DNA of 64,000 nucleotides from Schizochytrium sp. TIO01 (Eukaryota > Protista > Bigyra: Labyrinthulomycetes). The notes beneath the pieces are model-generated. The model made no database searches. It saw only the letters and a list, made by a program, of their open reading frames with translations, and was not told the origin of the DNA. Of the stretch, positions 50,121 to 62,563 are shown piece after piece; position 1 is the first letter of the stretch, and every line of letters starts with the position of its first letter. A program made the translations under genes and the position numbers. The stretch is taken from NCBI GenBank assembly GCA_004764695.1, contig SMSO01000031.1, positions 9,406,761-9,470,760 on the forward strand, in the 5' to 3' direction.

Positions 50121-50666
50121 AACATGCAGTTGGACAGATGTTTAGGGCCTAAAGAAATGGAAAAATGACTGTGCTCGTTGAAGAGCGCGTGCATCGTTGT
50201 GAATCTGAGGTCTTTTAGTTTCTCAATCACATATTCTTTTCTAATTTTTAATTAAAACATGTTATTTTTATTTATTGTTAGTACATGACAGGTCTCTATG
50301 GTATACCATAGATCCGATATGTAACTTTTGCTTTTTATTTTCCCATCTCTTTTGTCTCTCTTGTAGGAGGGGGGCTCTATATACTACTTTATTTGTTTGT
50401 TTTAGTGCAAAGACTGCTGATTCACGTTTTGCAATGCTTCACTTTTCTTTGCATCGCTTAAAAACGTTTCGCATCTCACAGCTGACGCTCGAATTCGAGG
50501 CATTTGCAGGATGGTAACCCAACACGAGAGATCAAAGTACGCTGATCTTGCTGGCTGGATGCTTAAGTTTCAAGCTGCTTGGATGTGCGAGTTTTCAGAA
50601 GCATAAAGTTCTGAAGCTGGGCTGTCCGGGAAGAATGGCAATTAACAAAGCAGCAGGAAGGCTCGG

Positions 50667-50685
50667 TAGAGTAGTAGTAGTAGTA

Positions 50686-50721
<36 letters not shown>

Positions 50722-50856
50722 GTAATAGTAGTCGTAGTGTGAGAGGCCTTTGCCATAAGTAAAAAATTGCACAGGCAATTTGTAAAATCGATATGGAGCG
50801 AGCGTGGAAAAGCCAGGATGGTGATGACGATGATGATGATGATGATGGTGGTGGTG
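50667..50856. repeat. (TAG)n(TAA)n and (GAT)n(GGT)n trinucleotide repeats
   Basis: Read directly from the sequence. Confidence 0.92.
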
Positions 50857-53800
50857 GAACAGAGAAAGAAGAAGACGAAGAAGAAGACTGCGAAAAGTGA
50901 CTTGCATACTTCATTTTGGAAGGACACCGAATAATCGCTCACTGGAACTGAAAGAGAACAGCATAAGTGAAGAACAGGAAATTATTTTGAGCTACTCCGG
51001 AGACCACACTCCCTCCACATGTGGCGAGCTGTCTCAGACCAGAAGTATAAAAGGCAGCTTCGCTTCGGAATAAGCTCGATTGAGCTTTGATGAGACATGC
51101 CTGACGTCGTAAAGATGAGCGCCACATCAACAAAGTGCAAAAAACCACACTCGAGAAATTCTCAAAGGTTGCAGGCGAATCCATTTGCGCGGCGTTTTAC
51201 AGCGAAGGACCTGCACCACGTTGCATCCATCAGCCATGGCAGAAGAGAATCGGCAAGCAAGCACGAATTGGCGAGAGAGGCACCGAGTGGACACAAGACG
51301 CTGACACATTACACCACAGCACCTATAAGCCCAAGGTCTGCATCGAAGAATGTCCATGCGTCTGGCAGCCAGCCAGCCAGCCAGCCAGCCAGCAGTAGCA
51401 AGCAAGCAACCAAGCGTATCAGCCAGGCTAGCTCGGACCGTTTCTGCGGTGCATGCCCAGAACATCTGCTCAACACGAGTGTTCTCCAAGTGTGAATTGT
51501 TGACCAGCTCGGATTTTCATTGGGTAAAACTTAATGTGTATGTATGTATGTGGCCCTGGGTGGGTTGTTTGTTCCCTCGGAACTTGCAGGAGATGCTTCA
51601 CGTTCCCAGAGGACCATTTGGCAGCCCGGCACCACAACGAGAAAAGGGCTTCCGAGATCAAGATGAACGATGCAGGAATTACAGAAAACCACTGTGCCTC
51701 CCGGCTGATTTACAGGCACCATGCTTTGTAATCAAAGGCTGCTGGTATAAATCAAACCCTTTACTTGAGTGGATAAAAGCTCGCGTCGAAGCGCATCGGC
51801 TTACGAAAAGTCATGGTACCTAAGGTGGTTTTGTATTGACTGATTACAGCTGTAGCAACCTACCAACTGTTGTTTTTAATTACCATGATGTTGAATCATC
51901 ATTCCCAAAACATGAAGTTGTAATAAAATTTTAATTATATGGTACATAATTAATAACAATTAGAAGAAGAAGGGGAACTAGGTAATATAGTAAAAAATTA
52001 GAAAATACAACTCAGAAAAGGAAAAGGAAAGGAAAGGAAAAGTGTTTTCTATTTTCTGAATAAATGACAACAAGCACACTGTGTTACGAGGTTTTCCGGC
52101 ATCACTTTGTGTGGTAAATGGCTGATTTTGAGGAGACAGTGGCGTTTCGAAGGCGTAGCTGGGACCGCGAAAACGCCACAGGAGCCCGAGGCGCTGAAAA
52201 TCAAAGATGCAAGTGAGCGCGTGCCAGGGAGGAGAATGTGAAGATCGGCAATCAATCTCGGCATGTCCCATAAATTTGATTGACTCTTTTATTGAAGCTT
52301 TCATTTTTCTTTCCTCCAATTTGATTGAAGCTGCCATCCCTTTTTAAGAAGGTGCCATTTGTGATGATTTTTTTTTAATTGATTGTGGGCGATACCGATT
52401 AGTTACTGGCTGACATAAAGCATCAGAGTGCCTATTATACATAAAAACAGTTGAGATTATGAGCAGCATTCATCTGTATCACACTCCCCAATAACGTCAT
52501 CTTATGCATGCTAATTATACAACCATCATCGTTCCAAGCTACAGTGTTGCTGACAGCTCAGGTGAAATAGTCATACTACTGGTATTGCTGAAAGAGCAAA
52601 AGTACCTCTAGGGATATAAATAATGGTATGGAATGAAATTCGCTTTTTATTTTAATTTGTTGCAATATCAATAAAGTTGAACGCATAGTTAGCAATCTGT
52701 TTGTTAGCTAACAACTTTGTCGAAGCTTTAGCAATTTTGTCAGAACAAGTTTCTTAAAATACGACAGTTATTTGCGATATTGGACTGAAAGGTAAGACAG
52801 CAGGTATCCATCCATGTTGGCGTTTGAAGATTCTTACAAACAAACGCAACAAATAAGAACAGCACTTAAACTTCACCTCCTAATTTTGAATTCTTTGGTT
52901 CTTTCAAGAGCATTAAAAAAAAGACATATAATCGACTTACTTTCTAAATTAAAATGATTTATTTATCTGTTTTCCAAATAGCCACGTAGCACAAGTCTGA
53001 GTTTCGACGGGGAATATTATAGTAACAATACATAGGTACGTAGTAGTAACTCTTTTAATTTTTGTAAGTATCATATGGATCTCTGCTCCACCTTCCTTCT
53101 GTTAACTGCCAGTACGGCACCTCAGTGTAATTCCAAGCCTCTTTTTCCCTTGCCAAGCATTTTTTTAATTTCGCTATTATTCTCTTCTTTTTTCGACTTT
53201 TTTCTTTTCTTTTCCTGAAGATGGTAATATGGAGAATGAGACTCATGCCATCTCAACGCAATCTTTTCACGCCAACCAAATCGAAAGGAGGAATTTGAGA
53301 AAGACCCGAAGCTCGCCTTATTGTAACTTCCCCTGCCTTTGTCGTGCATTTCCCGAGCGTCGGAACTATCTCAGGCAGAAGAATAACTACACTACAGCAA
53401 TCAAACCTGCTTAATTTATTCTAATGAATGACAGATGCCTTGCCTTATTTGGCCGATCTTGTCCTTCAAAGAGATGCTTGTTTCCTTTTTCTTTGAAGGC
53501 CCTTTCTAGTTCAGCTCATCAGTAAGTAACCAAAAAGGGCTTCTGCTATCTGAAAATGGAAGTCAATCTCAACGCCGCGTCACTAGTCCCCATCTATTAC
53601 TGACAGAAATCTTCTCCGTCACCGATTCTTGATGAGTTGCGGAAATGGGCTGTGGAAGTGCAAATATAATAACCTCTCAGACTTACCACGTTCTTGTATC
53701 CGCCTTCCCTTCACCAATAGTGAATGCATCAGAAGCCTAAACAATATCTCTATGCTAATTTACAATACCAACAGCTACTTCTTGTCAATGCAACCAGTGA

Positions 53801-54557
53801 ACTATGCAAACTGCTATCTATAATAAACCCTCCTTCTCATAGAGCACTGAGAGTTTGACAACGGCGTTCAGTTTTTGTGAATAGATGACTGCAATCAAAA
53901 TTTGTAATAAATCCAAAATTTGATGTTTACACATTGTAATCTCCATCACCAAGTGTGGTGTGTATTCAGCTCTCTACGATGCATTTCCGAGAGCTGTCTA
54001 AAGGTATATGCCTTTGTTCAGATGCACCAAAACTATGCAGCAATTTTTTGTTTTGCGTTTTAAACTAAGCAAGTAGAACTTTAGTTGCTCGGTTGCCTTA
54101 CTAGATATCGAGCACAATTTAATTCTAAACTTAAAACAAGAAAACTCAAAAGACCCAGTGGTAAACCTAGTAGCTCCCGCTCCTCATGTTTCTCTCTTTT
54201 TCATTTTAAACTTTATTGTACTACTCGAGCTTTATACTCAGGTTAAAGCATTAATTAAAGTAACACGAGAACTGGTGAGAGTTCTCTTTGAAGGTAGGTA
54301 CATCTGTTGTTTTACAAAGATAAATACTATTTTTCTAAGATCGTCCACTATGGGAACTTCTAGCAAAACAACTCATTAAAGGGTTTAGAACGGGCTGGAT
54401 GCGGAGAATTGACGAACGTTTTCATGTAAAGGTTGAAGTTATCAAATTTTACAATCTGTCCAGTTAATTGATATAGACAGGATGGATGTATCATGTCGGA
54501 TAGGAGAGCTAGGTCAGGTTAGATGAGGTGAGGCAAGGCAAGGCACTTAGCTATATA

Positions 54558-56900
54558 TTACTTAAATGCCTCCCGCATATCACGCGTCAGGACCTGAAGC
54601 ATCAAGCAAGCGATTAGCATGTTTCCAATGCGATGTGATGGTACTGCAAATGGTTTGGTGAGTAAATCATCTACGTTGTTTGTGCCTTTAACATGGTGTA
54701 CCTTGAGTAGTTGGTTGTGTCTTCGATGGATCACTACTGCAAGTTGTATTGCGAGGTAACCGTTTGTATCATCAATCTCTTCCTTGTATATTGTATTCAC
54801 TAATGCTTGACAATCAATGTATACCTGTATTTCAGCAATGTAAATCTTCATGTCTGCTAGAGTTTGTTGAATGGATCCTACTCTGAGGACTCCTGCAACT
54901 GCAGAGAGATTAGTTCTGTTTCGTGAGTATTTCGTGCAATCTGTATACTGCTTGATTATTTTCCATACAACAGCACTGTTATTTATCAGAATAACATATC
55001 CTGAAACACTGCGACGAAGTATGCCATGTCTCTTGCTGAGAGAAACGTCAGTATAGACATGCAAAACAAATTCTACCTCTGAATCCACGCCTTTAAGTGT
55101 GAGAATTTCTTCCTTTGTATATTCGACATCACGGAATGTATGTTTAAGAGCCTGCGTATAGTTTGCTCCGATCTTTTGACCATGCACCCTAGTTGTATGC
55201 CATATCAGGTGGAGTTTTAAGTAAACACCTAAGAGTAACGACAAGCGAACGATAATGTTCATTCACAGAGTTCTCAGTATTTTCCCTTAACTCTTTGAGA
55301 ATGGATGGGTTTTTAGCTCCATATTTCATCATCGGAGAGATTCTTCTTAATACTCTTGTTAGCTAATGGTACAGATCTTACGTGATTGCCATTGACAAGT
55401 GTATCACTAAGAGAATCGCAATGTTGTTCACGATGAACATTTGAATCTATCATTTTGTTCGAGTTCTTTGACTAGCCCATTTGATCAACATGGATAGTCA
55501 TTCACAGATCTTTGCCAATAAAGAGTAATGTATCCGTTGTTGAGCATTTTAAGCCATAGTTTTGCAGAATTACCGTCAGGTGATCCATCCATTGGTGAGG
55601 AACTCTTTTGAGTCCATAGAAACTCTTACGCAGATGATAACGATAACCTTCTTGTAAGTCAAGACCTTCGATAGCACGGATGTAGAGGATTTCATCGTCT
55701 GGAATTTGTGCTTCCAGAAATGCGGCTGTTACACCAACGGTGATAGCATCATAACCTCTCGTAAGGGCAATAATGTTGCGACACAAGTGCTTTCAACATA
55801 TTTACCGGCGGTGGCTTCTTCGTGTAAACCCATCTGGTTCCAATTGGGGTGAGTGCTTATGGTAAAGAGTTTAAAGGGTACGGATTTTAGAACGCCAGCT
55901 AATTGTAGATTCTGAAATTCAGTATTCGTAGCACCAACCCATAATTGTTGAAATCCTTGTGGTAATTTCCGCATATCTTTATATGTGTGCTGAGATCTCC
56001 AATCAGAGAAACTAGTGGACAAAACATTGTTAGAGTTCTTGGCATCCCTTTGTGAAGCCCTCACAGACATAAAGTTACAATAGAGCAGAGTTAGACAGCT
56101 AGATTTCTGTGGCTGCCAAAGCAAAGAATCAAAAGTGTGACTACGCATTACCTTGGTTCAAGTATGGTGTAATTTCAATTGATGGTTGAAGAGGTTAGAT
56201 TAACCTAACCCCCTCAAGCATCTCTAAGACTGTTCAAAATGTCTTAGCCTCCGTAATTACTTCTGAATCAGTCTGCCTGAAAGCCATTTCTAGGACTGCA
56301 GTTCGCTATTTCTTAAAACCCAACCTTCTCAAAGCCTTCATCAAGATTCATCTTAACAATCAACCTCACGCTGACCAGAATTATTTCTCAGCAATGTAGC
56401 CGGGACTGTATTGTTGCCAAATAGACATGGCTTCCATAAAGGGATTGGTACCGGTTGAGCTAATTGTTTATTATCTGTATTTGTGTTAGCAACCAAAATA
56501 AAACGTTCCTGTTCCCACTCTTGAATTGGAGGAAAGTTTACTTCATGTAGTGTCTCTTTATTTTTAAAGAATTATTGTCCGATGGTTTCTAACACCTTGT
56601 CCGTCACAGTATGAATACGTTTGAGACGATTGGTGTAGTATCGGGATTTATTTGCATATTTGCAGTGCCTTGAAACTGGGATCATTATTGAGTGGTACAT
56701 GGGGCTTGGGAGTTCGTTTCGATCTCCAATGACTGTCGTTAGCATCGTTTGAATTACTTTCGAGTTCCATGTCTGATTCACGAGCGTGCTCACTTTGGGG
56801 ACCAAGGTCAACGCTATTTGACTCGGTCTCGAAATCGCTACGAATCTGCACCACAGGCTTGACTTTCCAGTGCCTTGGTCTTCATGAGCTCTTTACAGTC
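54558..56900 (-). mobile_element. Degenerate, 5'-truncated Ty1/copia LTR retrotransposon (pol linker + RT + RNase H)
   Basis: In order: linker RSKRTPKPHVPLN; TYKD..QQLWVGATNTEFQNL; PIGTRWVYTKK...LKALV; VTAAFL...HLRKSFYGLKRVPHQW; IHVDQ (decayed YVDD); RNase H VYTD...RRSVSGY...VVWK..KQ, YIDCQA, NVDDLLTKP. Multiple frameshifts and stops; short purine run GCGGGAGG near 54570. No LTR pair, gag or integrase core found. Confidence 0.9.
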
Positions 56901-58291
56901 TTTCCCACTTTGGAGATATTTGGGCTTTAGAGCTTACCATCCAACTCCTCCAAGCCAGCTCGCATGAGTGACTCGACGTCTAGTTTTACGAGCAATATAT
57001 CAGAAGACTAGATAGCGACCCCTTCAGCTCAGTGGGATGTGAGGCAGCTAAATCACAGTGGAGCAAGAGGAATATAAAAGTTTTTTAATTAGAGACAGAT
57101 AAAATTAAGAAGCTGAAAATGAAGAGTATATTTTACAACTTTTACCTCTTTTCTCCACTGAGCGTTTTAGGAAACTGTGTTACTAAGAGCGAATAAATAA
57201 CCATCTCTACTTCCTCTAACAAATAAAACTGCCTAGTTCAAAAATAAAATTCTGCATGTTCACAAATCATATGTCCCCCATAGAAAGAGCAGCACAAATA
57301 TTTCCGAGCCATGCTTTGAAAATATATTATACGAGCATATTTTTTTGTTTCTCTGGTTCTGTTATTTTCCCTCCTCGCTGTACCCATGACGGGAATCTAT
57401 GCGCAATGTACTGCGGCAGCAACAACATAGAACTGGTTTTGACGGCCTCGACAGAGGAATACCAAACCCGCACACGGAGAGGACTCAGAAATGGACCAAG
57501 ATGAATAAGATGAAGATGTCGAAGACTTTGATTCATTTTCAGGCTACGCTTTAGCAGCCTTGTGAAGTTAGAATGAAACCGCCCGCGACGCAAAAGAAAA
57601 AGAGTACAACTCTGCCCAACACAAAATAATCCAAGAACCCTTCAAACCAATACGGACAGCATTTCAATGCCTTGCAACTTAATAGGCACCTTCAATTTTT
57701 CTAATTTCCACTTGAAAATTAACAATTTTCCAAAATATTTTTTTAAATCAGGAGCGCTATCGATCCTATCATTAAAAGCCTATATGAGACTACTTTATTT
57801 ATTATCTTTTATTGAAACTGGGAATGATTGGAAAGTTGTTTATATTTTGGTCATCACAACCTCCTTTCGACCCGTCCATCCCTCCAGGCTGTGTATGCGT
57901 GCAAGCGAGCATAACAGGTATGAAAGGGGCGCCCCACCTGACGGTAGTTAGCCGCGGTGGAGAAGAAAGCGTTCAATGCTAAACGAAAATGAGCCATCCG
58001 AGCCTCTAGTCATTTTCAATCGACAATATTTGTCACCACTGTCAAATAGAAACAAAAAAGGTGTTTACTCGAAGCAGATTACTCCAACGCACTTCCACAG
58101 CCACATCGTATTATTACATTTTCCAATCCTACGTCGAAGCACCATTCACAGCATACTTCTACAGTTTATGCAATAATGGTTTACCAGTTTCTAATGTAGA
58201 GTGGGTAGAAGTAAAATTATTTGTTCATCGTTTGTTATTGTCATTGTTTTGCCTATATGCTATTCTTTTAGATATGCACATTATGCAATAG

Positions 58292-60803
58292 GTGAGGAGG
58301 CTTTTCAGAAATACAATACCAGTTCCGAAGAGGCAAGGCCAGATCGCCCGTCTTAGCAAAGGCCACCAGAACGATCGAAGCGCACGATCACCTTCAACAG
58401 CGCGAGTAGGAGATAGCCTGCTCCTGTGCGCCCATCTATCGCCCAGCTCGGCCGACTCTACTGCCGTCTCGTCCGTGAAAGCTATTACTGCGTGCCGTTT
58501 TGCGATTCAACCTCTTCTATTGATAGACAACTGCTCCGTCATCTTGATCAGTTGTTTCAGAAAAGTCGATTTACAAAGAGTGAGCCAGGTAGAGTGCATA
58601 CGAAAGACAGATCAACGTGCAACCATCTCAACAGAACAAACCATCTGAAGAGCAGCTATTCTATCACGCTTGCTGATTGACTCAACACAGAGATATAGAT
58701 TATTACAATACTTGTCGAACCCCCCTTGGTCCGGATAGTTTTCGTAGCACCATGTCTGCAACCTCATCTCCCGCCCAGAGCAACTTTCAAACAAACTACA
58801 TGATGAATAGACCCACGAACAACATCAATACCAATGTGAACAAGACAAAGTCGCTTTTAGAAGCCCAAACTAAGATCGATAGTGGCAAAGAGACTTCAAC
58901 AACAGCCAAAAATCAAAATAACAGTGCCCTATCACTCACAGATTGGAATTCAATCACAGAGCTGCTGGATGAAGTATCCATTTTACAAGTGCACCGACCC
59001 GAAAAAGTAAAGACGTGTATATTTCACTCAAAGGATATGAAGGATGCTTTCAGAGATGATTCGAAAGTTTTCTCCTACTTCAAGAGACTGGACTACTTGG
59101 TGAGGACCACCTGTGAAGGTAATTTTAAGTCCACGTCTGATTTACTCGAGAGGCTTTACATGGTTAAACCAGGCTCTATAGAGGGAAATGTGAGCTCGTC
59201 TCCTCACGATTGTACAACAAAACCAAGTGTCTTTGACAGATCAGCAAAAGAAGGAGCTTCTGAACATGCTCTTAACACTGGGCAGCCAATGCAGGCGAAT
59301 GCGCTCCTGAACCCCAAAGACGATGACGAGCTGCATAACCTAAGAAAGAAGCTTCAGGAGTCAGAAAAGCAGCGCGAACAAAGCGAAGAAACGAGAACGG
59401 TTCTCGAACAAAGACTCGCGCACTTTCAAGAAAGGCATCAAAATGCCGCCATTGCAGCGAATTGTCTTCAACAAAGAGTCAATCTGCTTGAGGTTGAACG
59501 TCATCATCTTACACGGTTACTGAGGGAAAGCGCGAATAAACTCGAGAGATGGTATGCATTAGCAAGACAAATACACCATTCCATGGAAACGGAATATGGA
59601 GTTCGAAATCCCGCTCTTGGACATACACCTGTGCACATGCCAAATCCATTTCCACCAAGAGTTGGCTCTACCTGTTCATACCAAGCGTCACGCCCGTCTG
59701 ACCTAGATAGGTTAAGAATAGGAGATGGAGCACCTCTCCGAAATGTAGAAGCGCGTATTGGAAATATGAACAGAACAGCCGCCGCTGATTCTGGTGGTGC
59801 TACACGAATAAGTTCATCCGAACAGCTTCACAATGAAGTGGCGCATTTTCTTTCCAACTATAAGATTTCCCCCACCTATGAGCCCAAATCCAATAACAAA
59901 CGGCCTCGGTCACCACCTATTATCCAAAACAGCAAAAATGAAGAAGAGCCCATCACGAAAAGGATGCACAGGCAGCATTCGAATGAAAGGATTGCCTCTT
60001 CATCAGATCAAGCTATTGAAAATGATGCGATTTGAATGATGATGGTTCTGCCGGTGAAAGTGAGATTACCAGTTCCGTAGATGCAGAACCCAATACCACA
60101 TCGAGGCTTCCCAGAAAATTCAACGTGAGAACCAGGAGTGGGGAAAAAATCTACTTTGCTCCCTCTCTTTTCCACATCACGTTGGATGATATGGAGTTGC
60201 ACCCCGTCAATACTGTAAAAGAGATACAGGAAATTGTAATTGCATTCTCGTCTTCCAATGGCGCGAGCAATTACCCCGGCAAGAAGCTACTAAAATCATG
60301 TAGCGAGGTAACCCTGTTGCAAGGATTCTCGTACAGAGACATGCTAGACAAGAAGAATATGAACTACCTCGTCTTGGACGACTTTATCAGAGAAGAGGTG
60401 AGAAGGAACACTTCCGGGTCACTTGGAGGTAATGATGTAGTAAGGGAAACCGAGGTCTCCACGGAAATACCAGAGCCCAAAACTCTCAAAATCGTGGTCC
60501 CTGGGGAGCTTGTGAGAAAGACAGTTACTGTAGATTTGAAGCAAAGATGTTTATTTGCGTAAGGTCCAATGAAGAACTTTTCTGGGTAATGTTTCGAGGA
60601 TTGTCAATGGTCCTTGATGCATCAAAATTGACCTGGGCGAATGGAAATTAAAACTTGTTGCTGGCAAGCAAGAGAACTCTTAGGATTGTGGGATCTATGT
60701 GATGGCAATGATGGATGGTCTTTCCTCTGGAGGAGAAGTCCATGGGCTTGCGAAGAATATTGAGCCCTCTTCTGCACACCTCACTCGATGGTCAAATTAC
60801 TGA
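58292..60803 (+). pseudogene. Fragmented gene: coiled-coil region plus C-terminal Ulp1/C48 (SUMO protease-like) domain
   Basis: Overlapping ORFs 58426-58680, 58677-60035 (coiled coil LRKKLQESEKQREQ...) and 60032-60562, then EAKMFICVRSNEELFWVMF (from ~60538) and IKIDLGEWKLKLVAGKQENS*DCGIYVMAMMD (stop 60681-83, Cys 60687-89), matching the Q-x-N-x-x-D-C-G-x-Y C48 catalytic motif. The 452-aa ORF could still be expressed alone. Confidence 0.65.
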
Positions 60804-60979
60804 TGACAGGCAGCGTCGCGACCTATGCCGGGTACGGGACCCGCGCTAAGAGTAGCGAGGTACCTACGATATTGTTAGGTAATATCTTTTTCTTTTTTTT
60901 TAAGTGAGAAAATAGTTTTCCTTGCGGTCTCATCTTTGCCCAGAACCAAGCCATCAAAAGGATTTCAGCCGGGGAAACA

Positions 60980-62563
60980 ATGCCGACGACAAGTGCTCGT
61001 GCGGCGTACGTCGCTTTGGGGTTACTACTTTGGGTATACACGTGTAACCAGTGGAGTAGATACTCTATTGTTTTCTTGGGGGGCGTGGCCACCCCAGAAT
61101 GCCCAGCGCGACTCAAGGACGATGTTTGCTCTGTTGAAGAAGTTCCGCTCTGTCCAACGTTTCACTGCAAGTCTGAGGAGTGCAAAACATGCCAAACTTG
61201 CTTGAATGACGCCAGTGCAGATGATCACAATCTTAAATATGCCACATGCATCTCCAGCACGCAATACGGAATTCTTGCCGGGTACGGCTACATGATTGTT
61301 TTTTGTCTTGCAGGACTTGCTGCTGGAAGAGCGACAGATTTGTACAACCGAAAGAATATCGTTGTTGCATCTGCAGCAGGCTGGGCAGTCTTTACAGCAA
61401 TGCAAGGGCTTTCGCAAAATTTTATGGTAATGTTAGTGAGTCGGATAGGTATGGCTTTTTGCCAAGCTTTTTCATCACCAGCTTCGCTGAGCATGATTGC
61501 AGACATCTTTCCCTCCACCGAGCAAGCCAAAGCAAATGGAATTTATACCTTTGGAATCTACCTTGGAAACAGTCTGAGTTCCCTTAGCCTTGTAATGGCG
61601 CAAATCTTTGGCTGGCGTGACGCATCCTGGGTAATTGCGTTCCTTTCACTGCTCGGTTCAACGCTTGTCGCAATCTTTATTCGAGAACCCACAGCAAACC
61701 ATTTGGTAAGGAGTGATCTAGTTGACCTTTCAAATAATGATAGTAGCTTAGACCAGGAACAAAGCCTTCTGTCTGCAGATTCTCTGATTCAACCAACACC
61801 AGCGAATACATCAGCAGCAGACTCCATGCAAACAAACCAAGCTGTTGATCAAATGTCTGCTGGTTCGCAGAGTAACTTTAGGGAACAAGAAGAAGAAGAC
61901 CTTGTTGACGCAAAGCCGCACATTTCCTTTCGATCAACAATAAAGATCATCACTAGTGATCGACCCACACTATATCTTTTCATTGCTGCCCCTCTGCGAT
62001 TATTTGGAGGCTTCGCTATAGGCACGTTTCTACCGCAGTATTTTAATCGTCGATTCCCTGACTACGCTCGGGAATATAGCACTCTCAATGCAGTTCTACT
62101 TACGTTAGCCGGTGCATCTAGCTCCTACCTAGGGGGAGTTATTTCGGATAAATGGCGGCAGTATGATCCTCGTGGTGCTGCGTGGGTTCCTGCAATTGGA
62201 TCTAGTTGCGGCTACATCCCTTTCCTTGGGGTGCTTTTTGCCAACAATTTTTATTTAGCCATGTTCAGCCTCATGCTAGAGTATTTCGTCGCAGAAGGTT
62301 GGTTTGGCCCAGCGATCTCAATCTTGCAAGGGCGCCTCCCAGCTAATGTCCGTGGCACCTCTATTTCCATTTATATGTTTGTGGCAGGCTTAGTTGCAAG
62401 TCTTGCTCCGAGTGGTCTTGGTGAACTAGATGATGGGGTTAGCTGGACAAATCTTCGATTCTATCTCGCTATTTTTGTGGGAGTTTCTTATCTTGGGAGC
62501 GCTGTGGCTTTCTTAGCTGTTGGATCTGTTATCCATCACCCTGCACCTATTGAAAGATATTAG
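60980..62563 (+). CDS. Major facilitator superfamily transporter, spinster-like
   Basis: About 12 hydrophobic helices, motif A variant GRATDLYNRK, ASLSMIADIFP..QAKANGIY..G.Y.G, GWR, IREP, GGVISDKW; Cys-rich loop after TM1. Confidence 0.93.
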   Translation: MPTTSARAAYVALGLLLWVYTCNQWSRYSIVFLGGVATPECPARLKDDVCSVEEVPLCPTFHCKSEECKTCQTCLNDASADDHNLKYATCISSTQYGILAGYGYMIVFCLAGLAAGRATDLYNRKNIVVASAAGWAVFTAMQGLSQNFMVMLVSRIGMAFCQAFSSPASLSMIADIFPSTEQAKANGIYTFGIYLGNSLSSLSLVMAQIFGWRDASWVIAFLSLLGSTLVAIFIREPTANHLVRSDLVDLSNNDSSLDQEQSLLSADSLIQPTPANTSAADSMQTNQAVDQMSAGSQSNFREQEEEDLVDAKPHISFRSTIKIITSDRPTLYLFIAAPLRLFGGFAIGTFLPQYFNRRFPDYAREYSTLNAVLLTLAGASSSYLGGVISDKWRQYDPRGAAWVPAIGSSCGYIPFLGVLFANNFYLAMFSLMLEYFVAEGWFGPAISILQGRLPANVRGTSISIYMFVAGLVASLAPSGLGELDDGVSWTNLRFYLAIFVGVSYLGSAVAFLAVGSVIHHPAPIERY

